The translations under genes and the position numbers were made by a program. The notes beneath the pieces are model-generated. The model saw only the letters and a list, made by a program, of their open reading frames with translations, made no database searches and was not told the origin of the DNA. From the NCBI GenBank assembly GCA_949296805.1, contig CASFPO010000027.1, forward strand, positions 1 to 60,138: a stretch of 60,138 nt of DNA. The letters run 5' to 3'. Shown here one piece after another: positions 28,858 through 37,700 of this stretch. Every line of letters begins with the position of its first letter. The first letter of the stretch is position 1. Source of the stretch: an uncultured Bacillota bacterium (GTDB taxonomy: Bacteria > Bacillota > Clostridia > Christensenellales > UBA1242).

Positions 28858-29685
28858 ATGAAATTTCAAATACTTGTTGACAGTGCGTCTGACCTTTTAA
28901 GCGACTATGTCAAAGATAAAAATATCGGTTTTAAAGTTATCCCACTGACAATAAATGTTAGTGATAGAGAGTATGTTGACAATGACTCTCTTAACATTGA
29001 AAAGATGCTTGCTGATATGCACAGCAATAAAAAATCTTCTTCAGCCTGCCCTGCTCCTGAGTCCTTTTTGCAAGAGTTTGACAAGGCAGAGTATACCTTT
29101 ATTGTTACAATAACCTCAAAGCTCTCTGGCTGTTATAACTCAGCGTGCGTGGCAAAAAACTCTTACTCAAAGCCAGAAAATATATTTGTGATTGACTCAA
29201 AAGCAGTCAGCGGAACAGAAATATTATTGGTAGATAAATTGCTTGAACTTATTAAACAAGAGCTTACTTTTGAGCAGATTTGCCAAGAGATTACTGCCTA
29301 TAGAGATAAGAAAAACCTATACTTTATTTTGCAAAAATTTGATAATCTTGTCAACAATGGCAGGATGAGTAAAATCGCTGGTCTGATTGCCAGCAAGCTT
29401 GTTATCCGCCCTATCTGTATAGCACACGAGGGCGAAATCAAAATGGCAAAAAAGATAATCGGCATTAAAAACGCTTTTACAAAACTTGTTTCTATGATTT
29501 GCGAAAAGGCAAAGGACTTTTCGAAAGAGACCTTGATTATAACTCACTGCTATGCTGAGGATGAGGCTAACTTTATTAAAAATGATATTGAAAAAAAGTG
29601 TAACTTTAAAGAGATAAGAGTTCTCCCAATGCGAGGGTTATGCTCCTACTACGCTTTAGAAAAAGGTATAATCATCTGCCATTAA
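28858..29685 (+). CDS. DegV-family fatty-acid-binding protein
   Basis: 275 aa with the N-terminal ILVDSASDL motif and overall DegV layout. Confidence 0.85.
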   Translation: MKFQILVDSASDLLSDYVKDKNIGFKVIPLTINVSDREYVDNDSLNIEKMLADMHSNKKSSSACPAPESFLQEFDKAEYTFIVTITSKLSGCYNSACVAKNSYSKPENIFVIDSKAVSGTEILLVDKLLELIKQELTFEQICQEITAYRDKKNLYFILQKFDNLVNNGRMSKIAGLIASKLVIRPICIAHEGEIKMAKKIIGIKNAFTKLVSMICEKAKDFSKETLIITHCYAEDEANFIKNDIEKKCNFKEIRVLPMRGLCSYYALEKGIIICH

Positions 29686-29711
29686 ACTTTACCTAGAAAA
29701 ACATATTGTTA

Positions 29712-29747
29712 TAAAAAAATTGAGTAGAGTAGCCTACTCAATTTTTT
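29712..29747 (+). terminator. bidirectional intrinsic terminator between degV and trxB
   Basis: AAAAAAA-ATTGAGTAG-AGTAGC-CTACTCAAT-TTTTT. Confidence 0.8.
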
Positions 29748-29815
29748 GTAAAAACTTTTCTTGCATTGTTTAAACGGAGTATTATGTAATGAAAACATAA
29801 TCATTACATAATAGT

Positions 29816-30742
29816 TTAATTTTTCTTTGAATACTTTTGTCTTAGGACATATTTGCTTGCTTCATTGCCAGCGATTGCACCATCTCCTACTGCGGTGGCA
29901 ATCTGTTTTATGGCACTTACTCTTACATCTCCGCAGGCAAACACGCCTTGAAGAGAAGTCTGCATTTTGTCATCAGTCTCTATATAGCCACCTTGATTTA
30001 AGGCTATCTTTCCTTGCAAAAGTTCGGTTTCTGGCTTTCTGCCTATTGCGATAAAGACTGCACTGACCTCAAGTTTTTCTTGTTTATCTGCCTTATTATA
30101 TATTAAACTTTCTACTCTATCCTTACCTTCAATTGCTTGCGAGAGTGCACCTTTTAAAAGGATGATGTTTTTCTTTTCATTAATGTCATCATTGGAGTAG
30201 TTGTTAAGCTTTAAATTTTCTTTTGCTAGAATGTATACCTTATTGCACATTCCAGTAAGATACAAGGCATCAGAAAACGCCGAGTCGCCCGAGCCTACAA
30301 CAGCTACATCCTTGCCTTTAAAAAAGTTGCCATCACATAATGCACAATAACTTACACCCTTGCCAATAAACTCCTTCTCCCCTTGAATATTAAGTTCCTT
30401 AGAATGACTGCCAAGAGCAAGCACCACTGCCCTTGCCTGATAGGTTTGTTTTTTGCCTACCAAGGTTTTAACCTCGCCCTCAAGTTGATAGTCCACAACC
30501 TCATCACTTAAAATAGGCACAGCCAAACTCTTTGCGTGAGAAGAAAATTTTTCTGCAAGGTCGCTTCCATTAATACTAGAAAAGCCTGGATAGTTTTCAA
30601 TCTCGCCTATAAGCCCAAGCTGACCGCCCGCCAAAAATTTTTCAAGCACAACAACCTCTCGCCCTGCCCTTTTTGCGTATATCCCCGCAGTTATTCCCGC
30701 TGGACCCGCACCAACTACTATCACATCATAAATTTTGTCCAT
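29816..30742 (-). CDS. trxB: thioredoxin-disulfide reductase
   Basis: VVGAGPAG FAD motif, redox-active CALCDG, GSGDSA NADPH motif. Confidence 0.9.
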   Translation of the reverse strand: MDKIYDVIVVGAGPAGITAGIYAKRAGREVVVLEKFLAGGQLGLIGEIENYPGFSSINGSDLAEKFSSHAKSLAVPILSDEVVDYQLEGEVKTLVGKKQTYQARAVVLALGSHSKELNIQGEKEFIGKGVSYCALCDGNFFKGKDVAVVGSGDSAFSDALYLTGMCNKVYILAKENLKLNNYSNDDINEKKNIILLKGALSQAIEGKDRVESLIYNKADKQEKLEVSAVFIAIGRKPETELLQGKIALNQGGYIETDDKMQTSLQGVFACGDVRVSAIKQIATAVGDGAIAGNEASKYVLRQKYSKKN

Positions 30743-30928
30743 AACACCTCTTTATTTAACAATATTATACCGATTTTTTATAAAATTGTCAAAGAACAGA
30801 GCTACTTTTTAAGAAAATTTCAAGCTTTGCAAATTAAGTATCATAGCACTGAAGGTTTAAGTTTTAAAAAGTTGCAAAACCTTACAAAGCTATTAAATTA
30901 TGCTAAAATAGTTCCCCTTTGAGCTATA

Positions 30929-31075
30929 AAGATTAGATTAATTAGAAAAGATTAGAGGAATTAGAAAAGTTAGAAAATTTATACTTTTTAGAAAAGATTA
31001 GAAAAATTAGAAAAGATTAGATTAATTAGAAAAGATTAGAAAAGATTAGAAAAGGTTAGATTTTTAGAAAAAATT
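30929..31075. repeat. helically phased TTAGA(A/G)AA array
   Basis: 14 TTAGA cores at 30933, 30942, 30952, 30961, 30970, 30988, 30998, 31007, 31017, 31026, 31036, 31046, 31056 and 31064. Spacing is 8-10 bp with one 18-bp gap. A perfect 28-nt direct repeat lies at 30929-30956 and 31013-31040. Confidence 0.85.
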
Positions 31076-31102
31076 GTATAAAAAAACTCGGACACGCCGA
31101 GT
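31076..31102 (-). terminator. intrinsic terminator of rplM-rpsI
   Basis: Minus strand reads ACTCGG-CGTGT-CCGAGT followed by TTTTTT. Confidence 0.8.
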
Positions 31103-31111
31103 TTTTGATAA

Positions 31112-31522
31112 TTAACGTTTTGAGAATTGAGATGCTTTTCTTGCTTTCTTAAGTCCGTACTTCTTTCTTTCCTTCATTCTTGGGTCACGAGTTAAAAGTC
31201 CAGCTTCCTTAAGTTCTTTTTTATACATCTCATCATATTTTACAAGTGCTCTTGCAATTCCGTGGCTTATAGCACCTGCCTGACCAGACACACCGCCACC
31301 GCTTACATTTACTATTACGTCAAACTTTTCGCCTGAATTAGTAACAGCAAAAGGTCTACGAGCTACTAAAAGTAAAGTATCTCTTTGAAGATACTTTGCC
31401 ATATCTCTGCCGTTTACTGTACATTTTCCACTGCCTGGGATAAGTCTAACTCTTGCAACAGATTTTTTTCTTCTTCCTGTTGAAATAACTTGATTTGCAC
31501 CTTTCACTTTCTTTTCTGCCAT
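31112..31522 (-). CDS. rpsI: 30S ribosomal protein S9
   Basis: 136 aa ending in ...RKASQFSKR, with a typical S9 sequence throughout. Confidence 0.95.
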   Translation of the reverse strand: MAEKKVKGANQVISTGRRKKSVARVRLIPGSGKCTVNGRDMAKYLQRDTLLLVARRPFAVTNSGEKFDVIVNVSGGGVSGQAGAISHGIARALVKYDEMYKKELKEAGLLTRDPRMKERKKYGLKKARKASQFSKR

Positions 31523-31965
31523 TAGTTTCTAACTCCTTTTATTTCAACTTTCTCTGGCTTTTGTGCCTGATGGTTGTGCTCTTCTGTTTTATAAACAAAT
31601 AGTCTTGTGATTTGCTTTCTTCCAAGGCTTGTTTTTGGAAGCATACCCTTTACTGCCTGCACGATTGCCTTTGGAGAGTTCTTTGCAAGAAGAGTGCCAT
31701 AGTCGACCTCTTTAAGTCCTCCAATATAGCCTGTATGCCATCTAAGTTTTTTGTCAATTGGCTTATTGCCAGTTAAAGCCACCTTGTCAGAATTAATTAC
31801 TATTACAAAATCGCCACAATCTACATGTGGTGTATAGATAGTTTTATTTTTGCCTGTTAAAATGTCTGCTACCTGACTTGCCACCCTACCAAGTGGAACA
31901 TTAGTAGCATCCACAACGAACCATTTTCTTTCAACGTCCGCCTGTTTTGCCATAAATGTTTTCAT
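31522..31965 (-). CDS. rplM: 50S ribosomal protein L13
   Basis: Contains [16 protein letters not shown]..., a typical L13 sequence. One-nt overlap with rpsI. Confidence 0.95.
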   Translation of the reverse strand: MKTFMAKQADVERKWFVVDATNVPLGRVASQVADILTGKNKTIYTPHVDCGDFVIVINSDKVALTGNKPIDKKLRWHTGYIGGLKEVDYGTLLAKNSPKAIVQAVKGMLPKTSLGRKQITRLFVYKTEEHNHQAQKPEKVEIKGVRN

Positions 31966-32062
31966 TAATTTCCTCCGAATAAAATTTTAGTGATTAACCT
32001 TAAATCTTCGGGACTATAAGATTAATATTGTCTAAAAGGCAGTTTTATTCACGGGGCTAGTG

Positions 32063-32093
32063 CAAACAAAAATCGCCTTAAAATTAAGACGAT
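32063..32093 (-). terminator. terminator-like hairpin, probably ending the upstream 224-aa gene
   Basis: Minus strand reads ATCGTCTT-AATTTT-AAGGCGAT followed by TTTTTGTTT. Its 5' arm overlaps the predicted rplM transcription start, so it is unlikely to be a leader attenuator. Confidence 0.5.
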
Positions 32094-32096
32094 ATA

Positions 32097-32125
32097 ATTT
32101 TATATAATATATTAATATTTGTCAA
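32097..32125 (-). promoter_or_regulatory. candidate sigma-A promoter of rplM-rpsI
   Basis: Minus strand reads TTGACA (32125-32120), 17-nt spacer, TAAAAT (32102-32097). Confidence 0.5.
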
Positions 32126-32156
32126 GTATTTTTCTATATTTTTTCAAAAAAATTCA

Positions 32157-32831
32157 CTATGCCATTTGAAGTTCTTCTTGACGTGACAGTTTTTCACTTT
32201 CCTCCTGCCTTCTTGCAATCTCAGTGTCGGCATAAAAGTCCACAAGATAATCAACTAGTCTATTATAATAATTTATTCTGTCATCAATGGCAGTCTCCGC
32301 CAAAGCTTTGCATAAAGCTTTACACCTCTCCTCACAAGCTTTGACAAGTTCGGGACTTTGTTTGCCAACTTTTTTTATTAACCCCTTGATTAATTCGGGA
32401 TCACTTGCCGATTCAAAATCCATAATGCTATTGGTATAGTTTGTTCTGTCATTTATGATATTTACCCCCGAGTTACGACTGAACTTATTTGTGTCTGCTT
32501 GAAAAGCAATTACCTTTTTAGAAAGCGAAGAAATACTCCTTTTCATATCATTTTCGTAAAGTTTTACCTGCGTTGGCAAGGTGCTTTTGTAAGCCTCTAA
32601 GCACTCTTTAAAAGAAGCTACATCAAAGTATATATCATACTTTGGTAATGATTTAATAACATTCTTAATTTCTTCTCTTTCACACATTTCTAATCTTTTA
32701 CCAAGGCTAGAAGCCTCTACCTTTTGATATTTTTCTATTAGTGCGTTAAACACTGCAAATGCATCCTCGCCACTTAAAAATTTATTATGCAGTAACATTT
32801 TTTCAACATCGTTTAAAAAGTTGTCTCTCAT
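32157..32831 (-). CDS. hypothetical cytoplasmic helical protein
   Basis: 224-aa ORF, hydrophilic, with a coiled-coil-like C-terminus and no recognisable family. Confidence 0.55.
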   Translation of the reverse strand: MRDNFLNDVEKMLLHNKFLSGEDAFAVFNALIEKYQKVEASSLGKRLEMCEREEIKNVIKSLPKYDIYFDVASFKECLEAYKSTLPTQVKLYENDMKRSISSLSKKVIAFQADTNKFSRNSGVNIINDRTNYTNSIMDFESASDPELIKGLIKKVGKQSPELVKACEERCKALCKALAETAIDDRINYYNRLVDYLVDFYADTEIARRQEESEKLSRQEELQMA

Positions 32832-32959
32832 ATTTTCTCCTTTGCTTTATTCTTATTATATCAACTTTATTTTTAAATAGCAAACGATTTTGCATATTTA
32901 TACAAAAAAATTTATTTTTATTATTTTATAAAACATTTGAAATTTATGTTAAAATTTGT

Positions 32960-32988
32960 TGACAAAGCCTTTTTTATATTATATAATG
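32960..32988 (+). promoter_or_regulatory. consensus sigma-A promoter upstream of the 33219 gene
   Basis: TTGACA (32960-32965), exactly 17 nt, TATAAT (32983-32988). Confidence 0.6.
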
Positions 32989-33100
32989 AACTTGTTAAAT
33001 AAAGTATTTATTACTTTATTCTTAAGGGGTATATGGCAGAGCAAGGTTTATGCTTTGTCCATAAAAAGTTTGCTAGTCACAAACTTTTCAGCCTTATCAC

Positions 33101-33116
33101 TTGTCAAATTTGACAA
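33101..33116. promoter_or_regulatory. perfect 16-bp palindrome TTGTCAAATTTGACAA in the leader (candidate operator)
   Basis: Self-complementary over all 16 positions (verified by hand). Lies about 105 nt downstream of the predicted transcription start. Confidence 0.4.
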
Positions 33117-33218
33117 CTCCTTAAATTACTTTGATTTTTATTCACACGGGAAGTCGTGTTTACATATAATAAACTGAATATGTCAAAATAGCGAGTGTGC
33201 TGAGCCCTTGAGTTTGGG

Positions 33219-34661
33219 GTGCAGAACGTGGCTAATATTAAAGATAAAAACAAGTTTAATAATAAAGCTGACGAAAAAAATAAAACAGATTCTTCTCACA
33301 TTGACAATAAAAGCGATGTGACTTTTTTGCGTGAAGAAGAGTTTAAAAATAGCGAAAAGTCTTTAACTTCTAAAGAAAATATTTTACAAGGCGATGGCGA
33401 CAGCTCTCTTGCAAAAAGTGAGAGCAAAAATAGTGCTAAAGGCAAGAAAAGTAAAGGGCAAGAGAAATCACAAACTGCTCTTACAGACAAAACTAACCAA
33501 AGTGGTGCCAGCCTTTATCAAACACTTGGTAACGAAGAAGAGATTGTTTACCTAAACAATACTCAAAAAGAGGATGAGGAAGACGAGAGCAATAAGGTTA
33601 AAGAAGAATTTTTGGCTGAGCTTAACAAAAAGCAGAAAAAAGTGAAAAGGCCAACAAGCTCAATTCACAAAAAGTCCTTTAAGCAAAGGATGAAAACCCT
33701 TGGTATTTTAACTGTACTTGGTATTTTTACAGGTTGCGGGCTTGGTGTGTGGTACTTTAACACTGCTGTTGTGCCACCTATTGACTACAGTCAGTACAAC
33801 GCAAGCGATTATATTGTCAGTGCAGAAAGTGTACTTGGCGAGCTGTTTGGGATAACTTCAGACTTTGCAAACTGGAGAAGCTCAAGTGAGTTTTTAAGCT
33901 CGGGCATTCAAAGTCCAAGTGACCTAACACCTGCTCAAAACTTTTTGCTGGCTGAGTACAACGCTTTGAACTCTGACTACTTCCATATTGTAGGCACTGG
34001 CGAGGTTAATGTCAAAGCTTTTGGTATTCCAATTTCGCAAACGGTTTATAGTGAAAAGAACTTTGACGGTAACACCTACACCTTTGAAAGTATAAGTGAA
34101 GGGACTATGCCACTAGGTACCTGCTCAGTTATGGAAAAGCCTAGCTCGGCAAACTCAAACCCTTCGGTTATGCTGTTTTCAAGCGAGCAACCTTACACAA
34201 GCGAAGGCGGAACTATTGCAGATAACGCAGTTTGGGGAGATTATCAAACTTACTCGCAAGAAGAATATATCAATCTTGCTGGTGGCACACCTAATAGCAT
34301 TCAAACTTATATCATCTCTGACAAAACTATTATAAGCTCAAATAACAGCTCGGCTATCACTTACGATGCAGAGACTGGCTACTACAGCTTTACCATTGAA
34401 CTTGACCCTATCACAAGTGTGCTAAATTATGTTAAGCAAGTTCAGCAAACAAGCGGACTTGACTCTGCCCCTACCTTTTCTAGTATCAGTCAAACGATAA
34501 CTATTGACAGCGAGTGGAACTTGGTTAGCATCAGTATTGAAGAAAGCTATTCGCTAATGTACGGACCTGCTGCTGCAAGTTGCGAAGGTACGCTAAACTC
34601 AATTTACTACTTAAATCAGCCAGAGCTTATTGACTTCCCAGACCTGCCTATTGAGTTATAA
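33219..34661 (+). CDS. bitopic membrane protein with a Lys/Glu/Ser-rich cytoplasmic N-region and an extracellular domain of unknown family
   Basis: 480-aa ORF with a GTG start (uncertain; GTG 33228 is also possible). One TM (LGILTVLGIFTGCGLGVWYF) near aa 160-180, then an extracellular domain of roughly 300 aa. Confidence 0.7.
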   Translation: MQNVANIKDKNKFNNKADEKNKTDSSHIDNKSDVTFLREEEFKNSEKSLTSKENILQGDGDSSLAKSESKNSAKGKKSKGQEKSQTALTDKTNQSGASLYQTLGNEEEIVYLNNTQKEDEEDESNKVKEEFLAELNKKQKKVKRPTSSIHKKSFKQRMKTLGILTVLGIFTGCGLGVWYFNTAVVPPIDYSQYNASDYIVSAESVLGELFGITSDFANWRSSSEFLSSGIQSPSDLTPAQNFLLAEYNALNSDYFHIVGTGEVNVKAFGIPISQTVYSEKNFDGNTYTFESISEGTMPLGTCSVMEKPSSANSNPSVMLFSSEQPYTSEGGTIADNAVWGDYQTYSQEEYINLAGGTPNSIQTYIISDKTIISSNNSSAITYDAETGYYSFTIELDPITSVLNYVKQVQQTSGLDSAPTFSSISQTITIDSEWNLVSISIEESYSLMYGPAAASCEGTLNSIYYLNQPELIDFPDLPIEL

Positions 34662-34706
34662 AAGCCACGCAAACGTCACACTTTGTTAAGTTACACAAAA
34701 AAATAC

Positions 34707-34735
34707 TTGAAAGCAAAATTTACTTGATATATAAT
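34707..34735 (+). promoter_or_regulatory. near-consensus sigma-A promoter of the 1809-aa gene
   Basis: TTGAAA (34707-34712), 17-nt spacer, TATAAT (34730-34735). An AAGGA RBS lies upstream of ATG 34781. Confidence 0.55.
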
Positions 34736-34780
34736 ATTGTTATTATATAATATATAATCTTAATATAAAAGGATAGTATT

Positions 34781-37700
34781 ATGAGAAAGATTTTAAAATT
34801 TTTATCCTATTCATTACTTTATATGTTTATCTCAGTGGCATCGGCTTATGGTGTCATAACTATTTCGCTGAACAATGTTTCGAACGAGCAGTCGGGCTCG
34901 GGCAGTCAACAAGCACCCGTTGTAATTGCCGAAGAGATAAATTCTATCATAACAAACTTTACCCAAGCTCAAGCGATAGACCTTGAAGTGCAAGCCTCGG
35001 TTAATACTGGCGACTTGCCTATAGCTATCTCTCTTGGCGGGCAAGTAGATTTATCTGGTGGCTTTACCGATATCAAAGTTGACGCAAATCTTAATCTTGC
35101 TATTGACCAAACAAATTTTGATGTTGGGCTTGTTTACCAAAATGGTTATGTGTATTTTGAGCTTTTAAATGGCAAGTTTATGCTTGCAACTGACAACCTT
35201 ATGGACACCATCGGACAGATTACTGGTCTGCTCGGTGTAGAATTACCTGATATAAGCTCGCTCCTTGGCAATCTTGATTTTAATTCTATCCTTGCACTGC
35301 TATCAAACTTTGAAAAGGTTGAAAATGAAGAGTCTGTAAACCTTGTGATTGATATGTCTATGCTTGAAGGACTTATGATTAACCTTGACTGCTCGCTTGA
35401 CTATCATTTGCTTGGCTTTAGCTTGCCAGAATTTACTTTGAGCGGAACAAGCATAAGTGCCTCGGCAAATATTGATTACCCAGAGAGTGCCGAGATTTCA
35501 GAGGTTACTCCTAGTCAGTATATCGACCTTACTGACGTAATTGAAGTGGGCGTAAGTGTTATTGACTTCTTTAGCAACGAGCAGTTTGCTTTTGATTTAG
35601 GCTTTACTTATAATGATAACCTTCAATTAAATGGAAAGCTTTATCTTGACACAGCAAGCAAGAGTGCAAAGCTTATTGCAAATTACAAAGATTACACAGC
35701 TAGTATCCTATTTATTGACAATACCATCTATGTGGAAGCGTACAACGTTTATCTAAAATTTGATATCTCAAAAACGCTTGAGCTTTGCCAGTTGCTAGAA
35801 AATTATTTAGGAATTACTTTACCAAACGAGTTGATTGACTCGATTATCTCTTGGCTTAACGGTGGCGACTTCTCGGCAGTGACTAAAAATATTACCCTGC
35901 CAGCAAACTTGCAAGAAATTGACATCTCGACCATTGACCTAGGCATAATTGAAAGCTTTGTTTTAGACGAAAATGGTGCAACCCTTGTTTTGAAAGACAT
36001 TGGTCAGTTTGCTATCACTATGAGCGAAGGTCAGTTTGCTGGAGTTACCATTGATGCTTTTGATATAAACGCTTCACTTAGCGTGATTGACTATACCGCC
36101 ATCACTAAGAGCCAAAGCGAAGAAAATTATGTAGAGCTATCTGAGTTGTTACCTACCCTTGACCATATACTTGCACTGTTAGAAAGCGATACCTTTACAG
36201 GTAGTGCCAATATTACTTTTGGCTCAGCCGAAAATGAGAAGAAGCTTACAGTAAATTACACCCTTTATAAAGGAGAGAACCCTTACGCAATGCTCTCGAC
36301 AACCCTATTTGGTCACGAGCTTAAAGTAACTATTATAAATGGCAATGCCTATATTGAAGTAAGCTCTACCAAACTTGTTTGCAAGCTTGACAACTTGCCT
36401 AGTCTAATTGAAAAGGTTACAGCAATCTTCAGCGAGCAAAAGAGTTCAAGCGAAGAGAACACAACTGCTAGCGAAGAAGTTATCACTCCAAGCGATGAAG
36501 CTCTGCAAGTGGCAAGCCAAGGTATTAATGGCGAGGCAGAAGAAAGCTCATTAATTGATATGGCTGTGCTTATTGAATTTATTGAAAAATTGCTTGACAG
36601 CCAAACTAACCCACTGCTTATAACAGGCTTTACAAAGAATGATAATGGCATAAGCCTATCGCTTTTAAACAAATTGACGCTTACTATAACAAACTCTACA
36701 AATGCAGTTAAATTGACTGTAGGTTATGACAATATCACAGTTGACGCAACGCTTGAAGCAAGCTCGCAAACCTTGACCGCTCCTACCTTTACTGACAGCG
36801 AGTTTACAGCGGTTGAAGAAGTTATTGACAGCGTAATCAATATTTACAACTATGTGATGGAAAAACAATTCTATCTATCCTTTGACGCTAAATATCAAGA
36901 CATTACTTTGGAAGGCGGGCTTAACTATGCAAATGACGAGCTTGGGCTATCCCTTCTTGTAAAATACTCTGGACTTGAGGCGAATGTAATGCTCTATCAA
37001 AATGTTGTTTATATTGAGGTAGAAAACATTAAGCTTAAGTTTAGCCTTAAAGATATTGACAGCGTGAAGGCGTTCTTAAACGATTACTTCCAAATCAACT
37101 TAGACCAAATAATAAATGACCTTATCGGCAATACTAGTGAGGCTACTTCTGACAGCACAGGCGATGCGACTGACAGTACAAGTGATACAACTGGTAGCAC
37201 AAGTGGTTTGCTAGACCTCTTTGAAAGCAAGTTTGACCTTGAAGCTATTATCAAGCAAATTTCCTTTGCTTTGACGAGTGAAAAGCTTGAAGTTAAGACT
37301 TTGGATGAAAAACTTTTAGCCACAGTAAACCTTTTTGAAAATATGCTTAGCTCACTTAATTTAAGCTATCAAACAGGCACTCAAGTTGAGCAGAAGCTTA
37401 CAGCAAATATCTATGTTGAAGAAACTGCCAACACCTTTGCTCCAAGTGGAGATTATATAGATGTTGCCACCCTACTTGACTATGTTAAGATGGTGCTTGA
37501 CTATGTTAATGGCGGTCAGTTAGAGCTTGGACTTGACTTAGTCTTTGACAAAACAGCTATCAAAGGCAATGTTCAACTTGATATGACTGATACCCTTCTT
37601 TTAAGTGCCTCTGTTCAAGTGGGCAGTGATGACATCAATGTAAATATTGAGGATAGTATGCTCTACTTTGACTATAACGGTTTGCTCTTAAAGATGGATA

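Noticed and set aside
30929-31075. Possible CRISPR array, considered for the repeat blocks here and at 40361-40550.
   Set aside because: Repeat units are only 9-13 nt, degenerate and contiguous. There are no unique spacers of 25-40 nt, and no cas genes occur anywhere in the window.
31966-32062. L13 ribosomal-protein leader (autoregulatory RNA) upstream of rplM.
   Set aside because: A leader of about 120 nt exists, but I cannot verify the Rfam L13_leader structure by eye. The only strong hairpin (32072-32093) overlaps the predicted transcription start, so it fits better as the terminator of the upstream gene.
32956-33177. 73-aa plus-strand ORF in the leader of the 33219 gene.
   Set aside because: It begins upstream of the -10 box of the only good promoter and has no Shine-Dalgarno. 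Its composition is low-complexity and hydrophobic, typical of AT-rich non-coding sequence.
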